Shown in pieces: positions 9,727-21,603 of a stretch of DNA of 64,000 nt. The position numbers were made by a program, and so were the translations under genes. How positions within the stretch are numbered: position 1 is the stretch's first letter; every line of letters starts with the position of its first letter. The DNA is from Longimicrobiales bacterium (GTDB lineage Bacteria; Gemmatimonadota; Gemmatimonadetes; Longimicrobiales; Gaopeijiaceae). The notes under the pieces were generated by a model that had not been told where the DNA came from, ran no database searches, and saw only the letters and a list, made by a program, of their open reading frames with translations. The stretch lies in contig CBDBCF010000001.1 of assembly GCA_965202985.1 (NCBI GenBank), positions 2,855,940 through 2,919,939 of the forward strand. Direction: 5' to 3'.

Positions 9727-12700
9727 CTACCTGTCCGGCGGCCCGGAGTTCCACGACACCGAAGCGCCCACGTAGCCGCCGCGGGCCGGCCCCGGCTCGA
9801 AGTAGCGGCCGCCGAAGGCGTTCACCACCACCGAGGACGCGTATCGGGCGTCGGTGGCGTTGGTGATCCCCGCGAAGGGCGAGAACCGCACCGAGCCGGC
9901 CTGCAGGTCCGTGGCCCCGAAGCGCAGGCCTACGAGGGCGTAGCCGGCGGCTTCGGCTTGGTTGGCGTCGTCGGCGGGCGTCTGGCCGCGAACCTCTAGG
10001 CGGAGTTCACCGAACCAGGCTCCGCGGACGGTGCGCACCGCGGCTTCCAGATGGTGGGGCGCCACGCCGGGGACTCGGTTGCCGGAGAACGAACGGTCGT
10101 CCACTGCGAAGTCGTCGAAGCGCGCGTCCACGAAGCTGTAGGCGATTCGGCTGGACAGCGACGGGGACGCCACGGCGCGGACCGACGCCTCCACGCCCCG
10201 TATCGTGGACTTCCCGGCGTTGCGGAAGAACCGCCGTCCCGGCGCCCCGGCCACCTCGAAGGGGACCAACTGGTTCGCCAAGCGCGTCGAGAAGGCGGCC
10301 AAGTCGTACGCGATCCCGGCGTCGTCGGGGCCGTCGCCCCCCAGCCCCAGCGACCCCCGCACTCCCGCCTCGACCGTCCACCCGTGCTGCGGGTCCAGGC
10401 CGGGGTTCAGGCCGCCGGCTCGGTCGGCTTGGTTGGCCAGCTCGGTCGTCGTCGGGGTCTCGAACGATCGGGCCACGGACGCGAAAAGGCCGTGGCGCCC
10501 CAGGTCGGCGTACAGGCCCAGCGACGGGTTGATCGCGCTCATCGCGCGCGTTCCCGAGTCGTCGGGGTTCTCCGAGTTCACGAACCGGTCGTCGGCCCGG
10601 AAGGCGAAGTGGTCGAAGCGCACGGCGCCGGCCATCTCGACGCGGGCGCTCAGGGGAAGTCGCGCGTGTCCGAATACGGCCGCCGCCCGGACCCGCTCCT
10701 GCTGGTCCAGGGTCAGGTCGCCCGCGCTGCCGCCCACGTTGGCGAAGTTCCGGCGGTCGTCGCTCTGCACCTCCGCGTCGGTGCCGAAGCCCAAGCGCGC
10801 CGTGCCTCCGCTCGTAGGCCACCCCTTGGTCAGGACCAGGCGCACCCCGCCGCTGTTCCGGGTCAGGTCGATCACCTGCGTGGGGATGGGGTTGTCGAGC
10901 ACCCGCCTGGCGCCGTAGGCCGACGCCTCGGCTTCCAGTCCGCCCAGCGGCCCTTGCCACGCCGCGCCCGCCTGCATCTGCCGCACGTGCTTGCGGGTTC
11001 GCCGGGCCACGTTGAACCCCCAGGCCTGGTTGCTGCCTTGGTCGAAGAGGTCGGCGGGCAGCGACCCGGGGTTGAGCGCGTCCAAGTCCACGCCCGCCAG
11101 CCGGAACGTCAGCGAGCCCCCGCCGGCGCCCAGCGAAGCTCCAACGTTGAGCGTCTGCCGGGCACCCCCCGCGTAGGGGTTCTCGCCGCTATCGGACGGG
11201 TTGTCGCGGAAACCGTCGAGACGGGTCCTGCCGTAGCTGGCGCGGTACTGCACGCCGCCCGCGGTCCCCGACCCCGAAACCTCGGTGCGCAGCATCCCGT
11301 TGGAGCCGCCCGCGAGCACGGCGCCTTGGCGCCAACGGCCGGCAAAGGGTTCGGCGCTTCGGAACAGGAGTACGCCCCCGGCGGCGTTCCCGTACCAAGC
11401 GGCGGCCGGTCCCCGCAGAGCTTCCACGCGCGCCAGAGAGCCGATGTCCAAGTGGTCCAGGGTGGACTGGCCGTCGGGAAGCGTGGCCGGGATGCCGTCC
11501 ACGAGGACCTTGATCCCCCGAACGCCGAACTGGGACCGGGCTCCGAAGCCGCGAATCGATATGCGCTCGCCCACGGCCAAGTTGTGCCGGTTTTGGACGC
11601 GAACGCCCGGCAAGGCGTGAAGGGCCTCCTCGATCGAAGTCCCCGCCGCGCCCTGCGCGATTTCCTGCCGGGTCAGGACCGAAGCCGCAAAGGGAAGGCG
11701 ATCCAGTCGCGCCGGCGACCGCAAGACGGACACCACGATGGGGGCCAGGGTCACCGTGTCCTTCGCGGGCGGGGCCGGGCGGGAAGCGGTGCGGGGGGCG
11801 GTCGTCGTCGGGGAGAAGGCGCTCAAGGCCCCGAACACGCCCAAGGCCCCGAAGACCCCGAGGGGGCTCCCGACCAGCGTTGGAGTGGCGGCCCCGGCGG
11901 AAGGGGCGGACGAGCGAGCGGGGCGTGCGTCCGAGGCTGGAGCGGCGGGTGCGCGGGGCGGACTGCCGTCCAAGCGGCGACGTTCCTGTCGCGTCTGGTT
12001 GCCGGTGCCGACGCGCAGGTCGAGGGTGAAGTAGGGGTCCTGAGCCGAGATGCGGATCGTTCGCTCCCTGGCCGCTATCAGGTCCGACAGGTGGTACGCG
12101 GTCTCGAAGCGGGCGTTCTTGAGCGTCGCTTCGTCGGCGTCCGCCAGCACCTCCACTTCCAGGGGCGTGTCGACGGGGACCCAGCAAGCCAAGTAGCGGC
12201 CCGAAGCGTCCGTCGCGACGGCCACGCCGCTGTTTCCCTCGCGAAGGGTCGTCACGCCTTCCTCCGCCGATACGCCGTACCCGCGCCAAAGAACCCGGAC
12301 CAGCGCGCCGACCATGGGCTGGCCCAGCGAGTCCGCGACTTGGCCGGCCAGCACGCCCGTTGCGCGCCCCGGATCGGCGCCCGGAACCAAGGCCCTTTCG
12401 GCGGGCGGCTTCGCGTGCCGGCAGATGCGGGCCACCGCCCGGCCCACCGACGGCGCCGCGAAGTTTACCTGGGCCGGCGCCTCGTTCCCCTCTCCGATCT
12501 CCACCTGGAAGGGCTCGGCCGAGTAGCCGTAGCGGTCCAGGTACGGATGGGAAAAGTTGACCGCGTACACGCCGGGGCGGAGGTGGGTCACCTCGAAGCG
12601 GCCTTCTCGGTTCGTGACGACTTCGGCGCCGCCGCCCTCCAGGAAGACGCGCGCGCCCGGCAGGCCTTGGCGGAGACTGTCAAAGACGATCCCGGCGATG

Positions 12701-13923
12701 CGTCCTCCCTTGTCCGCCCGCAGCACCAGCCCTGCGTCGCCGTGGACCTGGAGCACATCGCCGCCCTGCACGGTGATCCCGTCCAGCGTAGTGGCCATGT
12801 GCTTGGTCAGAGGGTTCGTGGAGACGGCGGCCCGGGGCATTCGGATCTCCCACGAATGAACGATCCAAGTGCCGTTCGGCAGTGCGCGGAACGACACTCT
12901 GCCGCCTGGATTCGCCGAGAGAAGCACGCCCGGGATGTCCAGGTTGCGGTAGCGAAAGTCGAGCCACTGCAACTGCGCGGTCGCCGGGTCCAGCCACAGC
13001 GTGCCGGCCACGTCGGCGACCCGGCGGCCGGGCACGGGCTCGAAGGCCAGGCCGACCAGCCCCGGTGCGCGGTCCTCGTCCTGTTCCAGCTTGAAGCAGT
13101 GCGCGTCCAGGAAGAGATCGGAGAGGAGGACCGCGGCGTCAGGGGCTCGGTACGCGGACTCGCTCGGCGAGAAGACCGCGAAGCCGTTCCGCATCAGCGA
13201 GTCGGCGGGGAGGGCCACGAACGGCGCCTTGCGGTAGCCCTGGTCGAAGGTGCGGTCCTCCGACAGCACCACGCGGCCTTCGCGGTCCATCTCCCGCCTG
13301 ACCCCCATCATCTCGTACCGGTACATGCCCCGACTCTGGGTCCACGCGGCGGCGGCCAGCGCCTTCCGGGCCTCTTCCCAGACGCGGGTCACGGCCAGCC
13401 CCTCTTCCGGACGCACGCGGCACCGCCGGTCGGCGCGGGCCTCCAAGCCGTCCAGCGACACGGCCTCCACCGCAGCCGCCATGGGCGGGTCGAGCAGCGT
13501 CACCGTGTCGCCGGCGGCCAGCTGGAAGGGGCCGGCCTCCGTGGACGCGTAGCCGATCCGGTCCGCCCGCAGGCGGTATCGTCCCGGTGCCAGCGCGGTC
13601 AGCCGGAAGAGGCCATTGTCGCGCGTCAGAACCTGCTCGACCGACCGTCCGCCGGCGTCCACCAGCGTCATCATTGCGCCCCCGATGCCTTGTCCGCCCG
13701 ATTGGGCCGCCTCTACCAACCGGCCCAGCACGACCTGGGCCGGAGAGCCGGTCGCGACGACAGGGCTCGCGACGGAGAACAGGCCAGCCGCGACGGAGGC
13801 GGCGGCCCAGCAGAGGGCAAAGCGAGTGCGCGGTCGGGGCAGGGACGACCTCCGAGTGCGGGGTCCGGTCTTGCCGGGTAGCGGGTCTACTGGATTCCGG
13901 CGCGTGATCCGATCGCCGGGCAC
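9727..13923 (-). CDS. Carboxypeptidase-regulatory-like repeat protein fused in frame to a TonB-dependent receptor; start uncertain
   Basis: N-half: repeated G(R/Q)V...GA.V...T...G.F domains; C-half (~9727-11800): plug ISIRGFGARSQFGVRGIKVLVDGIP, VEALRGP, barrel ending FEPGPARGGYVGASVSW. Confidence 0.8.
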   Translation of the reverse strand: MPGDRITRRNPVDPLPGKTGPRTRRSSLPRPRTRFALCWAAASVAAGLFSVASPVVATGSPAQVVLGRLVEAAQSGGQGIGGAMMTLVDAGGRSVEQVLTRDNGLFRLTALAPGRYRLRADRIGYASTEAGPFQLAAGDTVTLLDPPMAAAVEAVSLDGLEARADRRCRVRPEEGLAVTRVWEEARKALAAAAWTQSRGMYRYEMMGVRREMDREGRVVLSEDRTFDQGYRKAPFVALPADSLMRNGFAVFSPSESAYRAPDAAVLLSDLFLDAHCFKLEQDEDRAPGLVGLAFEPVPGRRVADVAGTLWLDPATAQLQWLDFRYRNLDIPGVLLSANPGGRVSFRALPNGTWIVHSWEIRMPRAAVSTNPLTKHMATTLDGITVQGGDVLQVHGDAGLVLRADKGGRIAGIVFDSLRQGLPGARVFLEGGGAEVVTNREGRFEVTHLRPGVYAVNFSHPYLDRYGYSAEPFQVEIGEGNEAPAQVNFAAPSVGRAVARICRHAKPPAERALVPGADPGRATGVLAGQVADSLGQPMVGALVRVLWRGYGVSAEEGVTTLREGNSGVAVATDASGRYLACWVPVDTPLEVEVLADADEATLKNARFETAYHLSDLIAARERTIRISAQDPYFTLDLRVGTGNQTRQERRRLDGSPPRAPAAPASDARPARSSAPSAGAATPTLVGSPLGVFGALGVFGALSAFSPTTTAPRTASRPAPPAKDTVTLAPIVVSVLRSPARLDRLPFAASVLTRQEIAQGAAGTSIEEALHALPGVRVQNRHNLAVGERISIRGFGARSQFGVRGIKVLVDGIPATLPDGQSTLDHLDIGSLARVEALRGPAAAWYGNAAGGVLLFRSAEPFAGRWRQGAVLAGGSNGMLRTEVSGSGTAGGVQYRASYGRTRLDGFRDNPSDSGENPYAGGARQTLNVGASLGAGGGSLTFRLAGVDLDALNPGSLPADLFDQGSNQAWGFNVARRTRKHVRQMQAGAAWQGPLGGLEAEASAYGARRVLDNPIPTQVIDLTRNSGGVRLVLTKGWPTSGGTARLGFGTDAEVQSDDRRNFANVGGSAGDLTLDQQERVRAAAVFGHARLPLSARVEMAGAVRFDHFAFRADDRFVNSENPDDSGTRAMSAINPSLGLYADLGRHGLFASVARSFETPTTTELANQADRAGGLNPGLDPQHGWTVEAGVRGSLGLGGDGPDDAGIAYDLAAFSTRLANQLVPFEVAGAPGRRFFRNAGKSTIRGVEASVRAVASPSLSSRIAYSFVDARFDDFAVDDRSFSGNRVPGVAPHHLEAAVRTVRGAWFGELRLEVRGQTPADDANQAEAAGYALVGLRFGATDLQAGSVRFSPFAGITNATDARYASSVVVNAFGGRYFEPGPARGGYVGASVSWNSGPPDR

Positions 13924-14095
13924 GCGGTCCGGCTCCCAAGGTAATACTCGGGTGGACGACGGGTGCACTGGCGGACCTTGCACGCCTGGGCGCAGGCAAC
14001 TAGGATCAGGATCACAGCTGGGTCGTTTCGGTCCGTATGGCAGTTGGCCTGCGGGGGAGCGTGCCGGAGTCCAACTTTCCCAACAAGGAGGGAAC

Positions 14096-14482
14096 ATGTC
14101 CAAGTGGTCCAAAGAGAACATCGTCAAGGTCGTCGTTGGCCTCACCGTCGTCGCTGCAGCGGGGTGGGCCGGGGTGCTCTGGACCGAGGCTTGGTCCGTG
14201 GGCACCTACGGGGCCTACGTCATCGCACTCGGGTTGCTGGGCGGTATCGTGTGGGCCGCATGGAGACTCGGGTCGAGAAGGACGAAGAAGGTTGGGGTGG
14301 CGATGGCAGCGCTGGTCGCTGTCGGGGGACTGCTGATCGTTACCCTTGGCGCACCGGAGGTCTGCGCCGATGGTGGGTGTGCGAACGAGGCGTGCGTCCG
14401 AGACTTGCCTTGCCTCGTGACGTGTCCGCCTTGCAACGGCAGCCCATTTGACCCGGGCACATGCTGGTACGCAATGCACTAG
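14096..14482 (+). CDS. Small 3-TM protein with a Cys-rich C-terminal peptide
   Basis: AAGGAGG SD before ATG 14096; three hydrophobic segments then a 7-Cys tail. Confidence 0.7.
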   Translation: MSKWSKENIVKVVVGLTVVAAAGWAGVLWTEAWSVGTYGAYVIALGLLGGIVWAAWRLGSRRTKKVGVAMAALVAVGGLLIVTLGAPEVCADGGCANEACVRDLPCLVTCPPCNGSPFDPGTCWYAMH

Positions 14483-14517
14483 CGTCGCCGCCGAATCCGA
14501 CCGCCCGGCGCGGGTTG

Positions 14518-15633
14518 ATGGGATACCCAGCGCGACTTGCCTTCTTGCTGGCTCTGGCGGGGTGTTCGTCGTCCGGGCACGGTGCTGTCGCGCCTTCACT
14601 TGCGATCGACGAGTCCGAATCGTGTCGCGATTGCGAGATCGCCTTCCGAACAGTCGCGTTGCTGGGAGGCGACGACGATCCCGGTTCGGTGTGGGGCAGA
14701 GCGGCGGGAGACGGGTGCATGGTCGGGCAGCTGAGCACAGGCGAATTCTTGCTGGGCGGGGTTGCAGGCGGCGGCGACATCTTCGTCTACGACGAGGACG
14801 GGAGGTTCGTGCGGGCTATGAACCGCGAGGGCCAGGGGCCCGGCGAAGTGCAGGGCATGGCCCGTATCTGGGTAGGACCGGGCGATACGCTCTTCGTGGC
14901 GGACGACGGGAACAACCGATTGCAGGTCCTGACCTCTCAAGGCGAATACGTTCGCTCCTTCGGGATGCCAGCGCCTTATCGCCGGTTCGCTCGTTTAGGT
15001 ACGGGAGACCTCGTCTTCGCTCGATCCGTGACGAGTCCCGGCGACGACACATTCGTTCTGGTCGATGCTGTCGGCCGGGAAGTCGAAAGGTTCGGCCCGT
15101 CGATGGTCGCCGAGCCGGACCTGGAGCGAGTTCTTGCAAGCCCTCGTCCCGGGACGGAAGCGACCTTCTGGGCAGCCAGCATGTGGCGCTACGCCGTCCA
15201 CGAATGGAGCGCGCGGGGCGCGACCGAGCAGTCGCTTACTCTGAAGCGAACGTTGGTGCGGGAAGCCGACTGGTTTCCGGCGTACCCGGAGTTCGGTGCC
15301 GAAGTGTACGAGTCCGCTCCGCCGCCGGCGGCACTGCACCACGTCTGGGAGGACGACGAAGGGCTTCTCTGGACGTACGTCTTGCTGCCGGACCCGGATT
15401 GGCACCCGGGCATTCCGTTCAACCCGCGCCCCGCTTGGCACCGCGACACCTTCGACCACCGGGTCGAGGTGATTGATCCGTCCTCGGGCCGCCTCGTCGC
15501 CGTCGGCCAACACGAGGACAGGTTCTCTCCCGTGTGCGGCAGCAAGCTCATGTACGCGGTGACCGAGACTCCAGCCGGCGACCTGCGCGTAAAGGTCGTG
15601 GAGCCCTACCTGACGAGAGGGCCTTCCGAATAG
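14518..15633 (+). CDS. Six-bladed beta-propeller (NHL/TolB-like) lipoprotein
   Basis: Lipobox LAGC; REGQGPGEV; DTLFVADDGNNRLQV. Confidence 0.75.
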   Translation: MGYPARLAFLLALAGCSSSGHGAVAPSLAIDESESCRDCEIAFRTVALLGGDDDPGSVWGRAAGDGCMVGQLSTGEFLLGGVAGGGDIFVYDEDGRFVRAMNREGQGPGEVQGMARIWVGPGDTLFVADDGNNRLQVLTSQGEYVRSFGMPAPYRRFARLGTGDLVFARSVTSPGDDTFVLVDAVGREVERFGPSMVAEPDLERVLASPRPGTEATFWAASMWRYAVHEWSARGATEQSLTLKRTLVREADWFPAYPEFGAEVYESAPPPAALHHVWEDDEGLLWTYVLLPDPDWHPGIPFNPRPAWHRDTFDHRVEVIDPSSGRLVAVGQHEDRFSPVCGSKLMYAVTETPAGDLRVKVVEPYLTRGPSE

Positions 15634-15703
15634 CGATTAACCTTCAGTGGCATCTGACGCCGCTGGTCCACTTTGACGCACTATAAGCGCGAAAGGACAT
15701 CCG

Positions 15704-17635
<1,932 letters not shown>

Positions 17636-17822
17636 CGCCCCCGACGGTCTCATCTTGACCGCTCGCCGGGACGAGTGGTCGCAGCCGTGCGCTTCGACTA
17701 CCCGGAGGACGTCGTTCAAGGGGTCGTTGTCGATTCGAGGCTCGGGCAAGGAGGGGGGCTGGGAACTTTTTTCTGGTTTGTGAGGTATAAGGGGCAAACA
17801 TTCCTTCAACGGGGAGCGATCC

Positions 17823-18344
17823 ATGAGGGCACAAACGGCAGAAACCACGGTCAGCGAGGAACTCTTCGGCAAGCTGGTCATGGAGCACTGGCCGCGGCTC
17901 GTGCAGCAGGCCGAGCAGTACCGTGGCCGGGCCGAGACGGCAGAGGACATCGCGCAACGGGCAGTCATCAACGCCCATGGGCAGCTTCACAGGCTGAAGA
18001 ATCCCGAGAGGGCCGGGCGATGGCTGGCGAAGTTCGTGCAGTTCGCAGGACTCAAGTCCGTGGCGAAGCGGGCAAGGCGACGGGAGCTGCTTCAGGCCCA
18101 CGGCCTGCCGGACCGCGGACACGCCAAGTCGCCGGAGGAGCTCATGCTCCTGGAGCTGGAGGACGAAGCGCTGGACCGGGCGATCGACGAACTGCCCGAG
18201 AGGTGGCGCACCGTCGTCCTTTCCCGCCTAGCCGGACTCTCCGTGAGCGAAACGGCAGCCAAGCTGGGAATACCCGAGGGCAGCGTGAAGTCGTACACGC
18301 ACAGGGCCGTCTGCGTTCTCCGCGAGGCGGTGGCGACGACCTGA
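17823..18344 (+). CDS. ECF RNA polymerase sigma factor
   Basis: AEDIAQ region 2; AIDELPERWR...GLSVSETAAKLGIPEGSVKSYTHRA region 4. Confidence 0.85.
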   Translation: MRAQTAETTVSEELFGKLVMEHWPRLVQQAEQYRGRAETAEDIAQRAVINAHGQLHRLKNPERAGRWLAKFVQFAGLKSVAKRARRRELLQAHGLPDRGHAKSPEELMLLELEDEALDRAIDELPERWRTVVLSRLAGLSVSETAAKLGIPEGSVKSYTHRAVCVLREAVATT

Positions 18345-18504
18345 ACCACCGCGTTTCCAGAACCCCTCCGCGACCGATTCTCGGTTCTTGGGCTCGGGAA
18401 ACGCGATGGGTCGGGAAGCGAATTCTGCCCGGCCGACGACCTTACCCACGTGCTGCAATAGGATCAGACGCCCAGCCTAGTACCCAGCGGTGAACTGGTC
18501 GGGC

Positions 18505-18826
18505 CTAGGTCGCCACTCGGGCCAGCAACTCCCCGACCGTGTCGCACTCGATGACGTCTGCCGCCGCGTCCAGCTGGTCGCGTCCGTCCAGGCCGCCGAT
18601 CACGCCCCGACAGTTGCCCGGCCGCGTCCGCGCCGAACTTCTTGGCCACCAGGCGTTCCAGGACCTCCCGCCGCCCTGTCCGACGACCTTCCGCTCGCAG
18701 CCTTGCCATCTCTTCTTCGATCTGTGTGTACATCTGCCTGCCTCCGTCAAGTTGGTGATCTTCGACAGTTCCTCTTCCGAACGGCCCCACTGCCGCGCCC
18801 AACGCCCACAGCGCGAACGCCTCCGG
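18505..18826 (-). pseudogene. Degenerate tandem duplicate of the Rpn 3' end (copy of 18961-19311)
   Basis: High nucleotide identity to the adjacent Rpn 3' end; MYTQIEEEMARLR and GLDGRDQLDAAAD..ECDTVGEL retained with frameshifts. Confidence 0.9.
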
Positions 18827-18960
18827 TATCGATGCGCCACACCATGTCGGCCTGTCGGCGCGAGCTTGGAGGCCGACGCGCTCGAGGCCAGGTATCGGTC
18901 GACGGCGGCGCAGCTCCCGGAACCGGGCCACCTCGGACAGCGGGAGAGAACTTGGCTGGA

Positions 18961-19212
18961 CTAGTTGGCGAGCCGGGCGATCAGCTCCCCGACCGTGTCG
19001 CACTCGATGACAGCGTCCGCCGCCGCGTCCAGCTGGTCGCGTCCGTCCAGGCCGCCGATCAGGCCCGACAACTGTCCGGCCGCATCCGCGCCGAACTTCT
19101 TGGCCACCTGGCGCTCCAAGAGGGTCCTGGCTTCCCGGCGGCCCTCTCGGCGGCCTTCCCGGCGGCCCTCGTCCCGCAGCCTTGCCATCTCTTCTTCGAT
19201 CTGCGTGTACAT
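18961..19212 (-). CDS. Putative internally translated small Rpn protein (RpnS-like antitoxin)
   Basis: In-frame ATG (MYTQIEEE) preceded by GGAGG at 8-nt spacing. Confidence 0.55.
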   Translation of the reverse strand: MYTQIEEEMARLRDEGRREGRREGRREARTLLERQVAKKFGADAAGQLSGLIGGLDGRDQLDAAADAVIECDTVGELIARLAN

Positions 19213-19974
19213 CGCTCTTGCCTCCGTCAAGTCGGTGATCTTCGACAGTTCATCTTCCGAACGTCCCCACTGCCGCGCCGCGCCCAACGCCCACAGCGCG
19301 AACGCCTCCGGGACCCCGGCGTGCTCGGGACCGGGATACGCCTCCAACACCTCGTCCAGCACGGCCCGGACCTTCCCCGTGCCGCCGTCCCGCTCGAGCT
19401 CCCTCAACCAAGTCAGGATGCGCGGCTTCCGCAAGCTTCGCCCGGGCACCGCACGCATGTCAAGCACTTGGTACGGCAGCCGGACCGAGAGGTCGCGGAG
19501 CTGGGGCAGCGTGGGCGAGATCAGGTCCGCGATGTCGAGGCGGGCGTCCCAAGGACGGGGGCCGTTGTGGACGACGCAGACGACGACGGGGGGTAGCCGG
19601 TGGTCGGCACCGGACGGCGTCTCGCGGATTAGGTTCTCGTAGGCGTCGGTCACGTAGCGGAGGACGCGGGCGGCCATGGAGGGGTCGACCCGGGACTGGA
19701 ACTCGAGGAGCAGGACCATAAAGCCGGGGCGGTGTCGGAAGTCGACGCGCCAGATCATGTCGGCCTGTCGGCGTTCGAGCCGGGAGTCGACATGCTCCGG
19801 CGTGACCTTGCGCATCGAGTCGAGGTCGAGTTGGTCAGCCCATTCGGGAGCGAGGTAGTCTTCGAGGAGTTCTGCGACGGTGGGGGCCTGGGAGAAGAAG
19901 AACTTGTAGACCTCGTCGTGCTTGCGGCGTGGTGGGCGGTGGGAGCCGTGAGACTCTCGGTGGGCGTCGTGCAA
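18961..19974 (-). CDS. Rpn family recombination-promoting nuclease / putative transposase
   Basis: HDEVYKFFFS, RQADMIWRV, LLLEFQS..DPSMAARVLRY, LPPVVVCVVHNG..PW, EGRR repeats; AGGAGG SD before TTG. Confidence 0.92.
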   Translation of the reverse strand: MHDAHRESHGSHRPPRRKHDEVYKFFFSQAPTVAELLEDYLAPEWADQLDLDSMRKVTPEHVDSRLERRQADMIWRVDFRHRPGFMVLLLEFQSRVDPSMAARVLRYVTDAYENLIRETPSGADHRLPPVVVCVVHNGPRPWDARLDIADLISPTLPQLRDLSVRLPYQVLDMRAVPGRSLRKPRILTWLRELERDGGTGKVRAVLDEVLEAYPGPEHAGVPEAFALWALGAARQWGRSEDELSKITDLTEARAMYTQIEEEMARLRDEGRREGRREGRREARTLLERQVAKKFGADAAGQLSGLIGGLDGRDQLDAAADAVIECDTVGELIARLAN

Positions 19975-20062
19975 CGGGGCCTCCTGTGGGGGCGGGGTTC
20001 GCGGATTCGCGGAGGCCCTCGGGGGCGCTCCGGGCCCGGGGGAATGGCTGGGCCGGAAGCAA

Positions 20063-20114
20063 GATGCACTCGGAAATTGGGCGTTTGGATAGCTGGATCG
20101 GCCTCAATTTCGTC
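20063..20114 (-). promoter_or_regulatory. Conserved upstream element of Rpn gene 1
   Basis: GACGAAA-N11-CCAGCTATCCAAACGCCC-N12-CATC, matching 33616-33667. Confidence 0.6.
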
Positions 20115-20301
20115 CACGGCGAAACGACCCGGTCTGCACCCGCCTGCCGAAGTCGCCGGCAGGTGTTGGCGCCGGACGGGCCGCCGTAACTTTGATTCCC
20201 CCTTGCCCCGCCGGAGCTGAATGCGATGCGCGCCAAGTCCGTCTGTTCTCGTCTTCTCTTCATGGCGACGGCGCCGGCAGCAAGCGCCCGAGGCCGTTAG
20301 C

Positions 20302-21603
20302 GTGGACGGCGAAGGGGCGGACGCGGTTGCGCGCGGCTTGCCCCCGCATCCCTTTGCGGAACGGCGTTGCGCCGTCCTGTCCCAGCTGGAAGACGGTTCC
20401 ATGCTGCTCCCTGCCTCGCCGGTTCGCTTCAAGAACGGCGATTCGGAGTACCGGTACCGGCCCGCGTCCGAGCTCTTCTACCTGACCGGCTGGGAGCTGC
20501 CGGAGTGCATCGCGCTGCTCCGGGGCTTCGCCGACGAGGACAGGTTCGTCCTGTTCACGGCCGAGCCGGACCCGGCCCGGGAGCTGTGGACGGGGAAGCG
20601 GCCGGCGCTGGCCGAAACGAAGGAACGGTTCGGGGCGTGCGCCGTCCACCCGCTGGAGCGCTTCGACGCGCTGGCGCCGGGCCTGCTGGCGGGGGGAGAT
20701 CGGGTCCTGTATCGGCTGGGCGAGTCCGGCACGTGCGACCGGGCCGTGCGAAGCGCGTTGGCGAAAGGGCGGGCGCTGTGGGCACGCCGGGGGGCCGGGT
20801 TGCGCACCGTGGCCGACCCGGGGACGATCCTGGACGAGATGCGCGTTCGGAAGGACCCGGCGGAAGTGGCCCGCATCCGGGAGGCGGCGCGCATTACGGC
20901 GGAGGCGTTCCCGGAGGGGCTGGCCTGCGTGGCCGACGGGGCGGGGGAGTGGGAGGTGGAGGCGGCGCTGGAAGCCGGGTTCCGGCAGCGGGGCGCCCAG
21001 GGGCCGGCGTTCGCCACGATCGTGGCCGCCGGCGAGGCCGCATGCACCCTTCACTACGTCGCCAACGACCGGCGCATGAGGGCCGGCGAGCTGGTGGTGG
21101 TCGACGCCGGCGCCGAGTTCGGCTGGTACGCCGCCGACGTGACGCGAACGGTGCCGGTCTCCGGGCGGACGAGCGGGTTGCGGCGGGACGCCTGGGAGGT
21201 GGTGCGACGGGCCCAAGCCGCTGCGGTGGGCGCGTGCGGACCCGGCGTGGCCGTGGCGGACGTTCATCGGGCGGCGGCGGAGGTCGTGGCCGAAGGGCTG
21301 ATCGCGCTGGGCGCGGTCCGGGGGCCGGCTGGGCGAGTGCTCGAAGAGAAGGCGTACCGGCCGTTCTTCCCGCACAACACGTCGCACTGGCTGGGCCTGG
21401 ACGTGCACGACCCCGGGACCTACGGCGCGCTGGCCCCCGGCATGGTCCTGACGGTGGAGCCCGGACTCTACTTCCACCCTGGAGCGTGTCCCCGGCGACC
21501 GGGGCTGGAAGGAACCGGCATCCGCATCGAAGACGACGTGCTGGTGACCGAGGACGGCGCCGAGGTCCTGACCGCCGCGGCCCCTGCGCCCGCCTGCCGA
21601 TGA
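20302..21603 (+). CDS. pepP: Xaa-Pro aminopeptidase
   Basis: YRYRPASELFYLTG, TLHY, VDAG..YAADVTRT, HWLGLDVHD, TVEPGLY, GIRIEDDVLVT. Confidence 0.93.
   Translation: MDGEGADAVARGLPPHPFAERRCAVLSQLEDGSMLLPASPVRFKNGDSEYRYRPASELFYLTGWELPECIALLRGFADEDRFVLFTAEPDPARELWTGKRPALAETKERFGACAVHPLERFDALAPGLLAGGDRVLYRLGESGTCDRAVRSALAKGRALWARRGAGLRTVADPGTILDEMRVRKDPAEVARIREAARITAEAFPEGLACVADGAGEWEVEAALEAGFRQRGAQGPAFATIVAAGEAACTLHYVANDRRMRAGELVVVDAGAEFGWYAADVTRTVPVSGRTSGLRRDAWEVVRRAQAAAVGACGPGVAVADVHRAAAEVVAEGLIALGAVRGPAGRVLEEKAYRPFFPHNTSHWLGLDVHDPGTYGALAPGMVLTVEPGLYFHPGACPRRPGLEGTGIRIEDDVLVTEDGAEVLTAAAPAPACR

Noticed and set aside
20079..20096. MetJ Met-box reading of the Rpn upstream motif
   Set aside because: Only partial match to AGACGTCT, and the motif tracks Rpn genes rather than met genes
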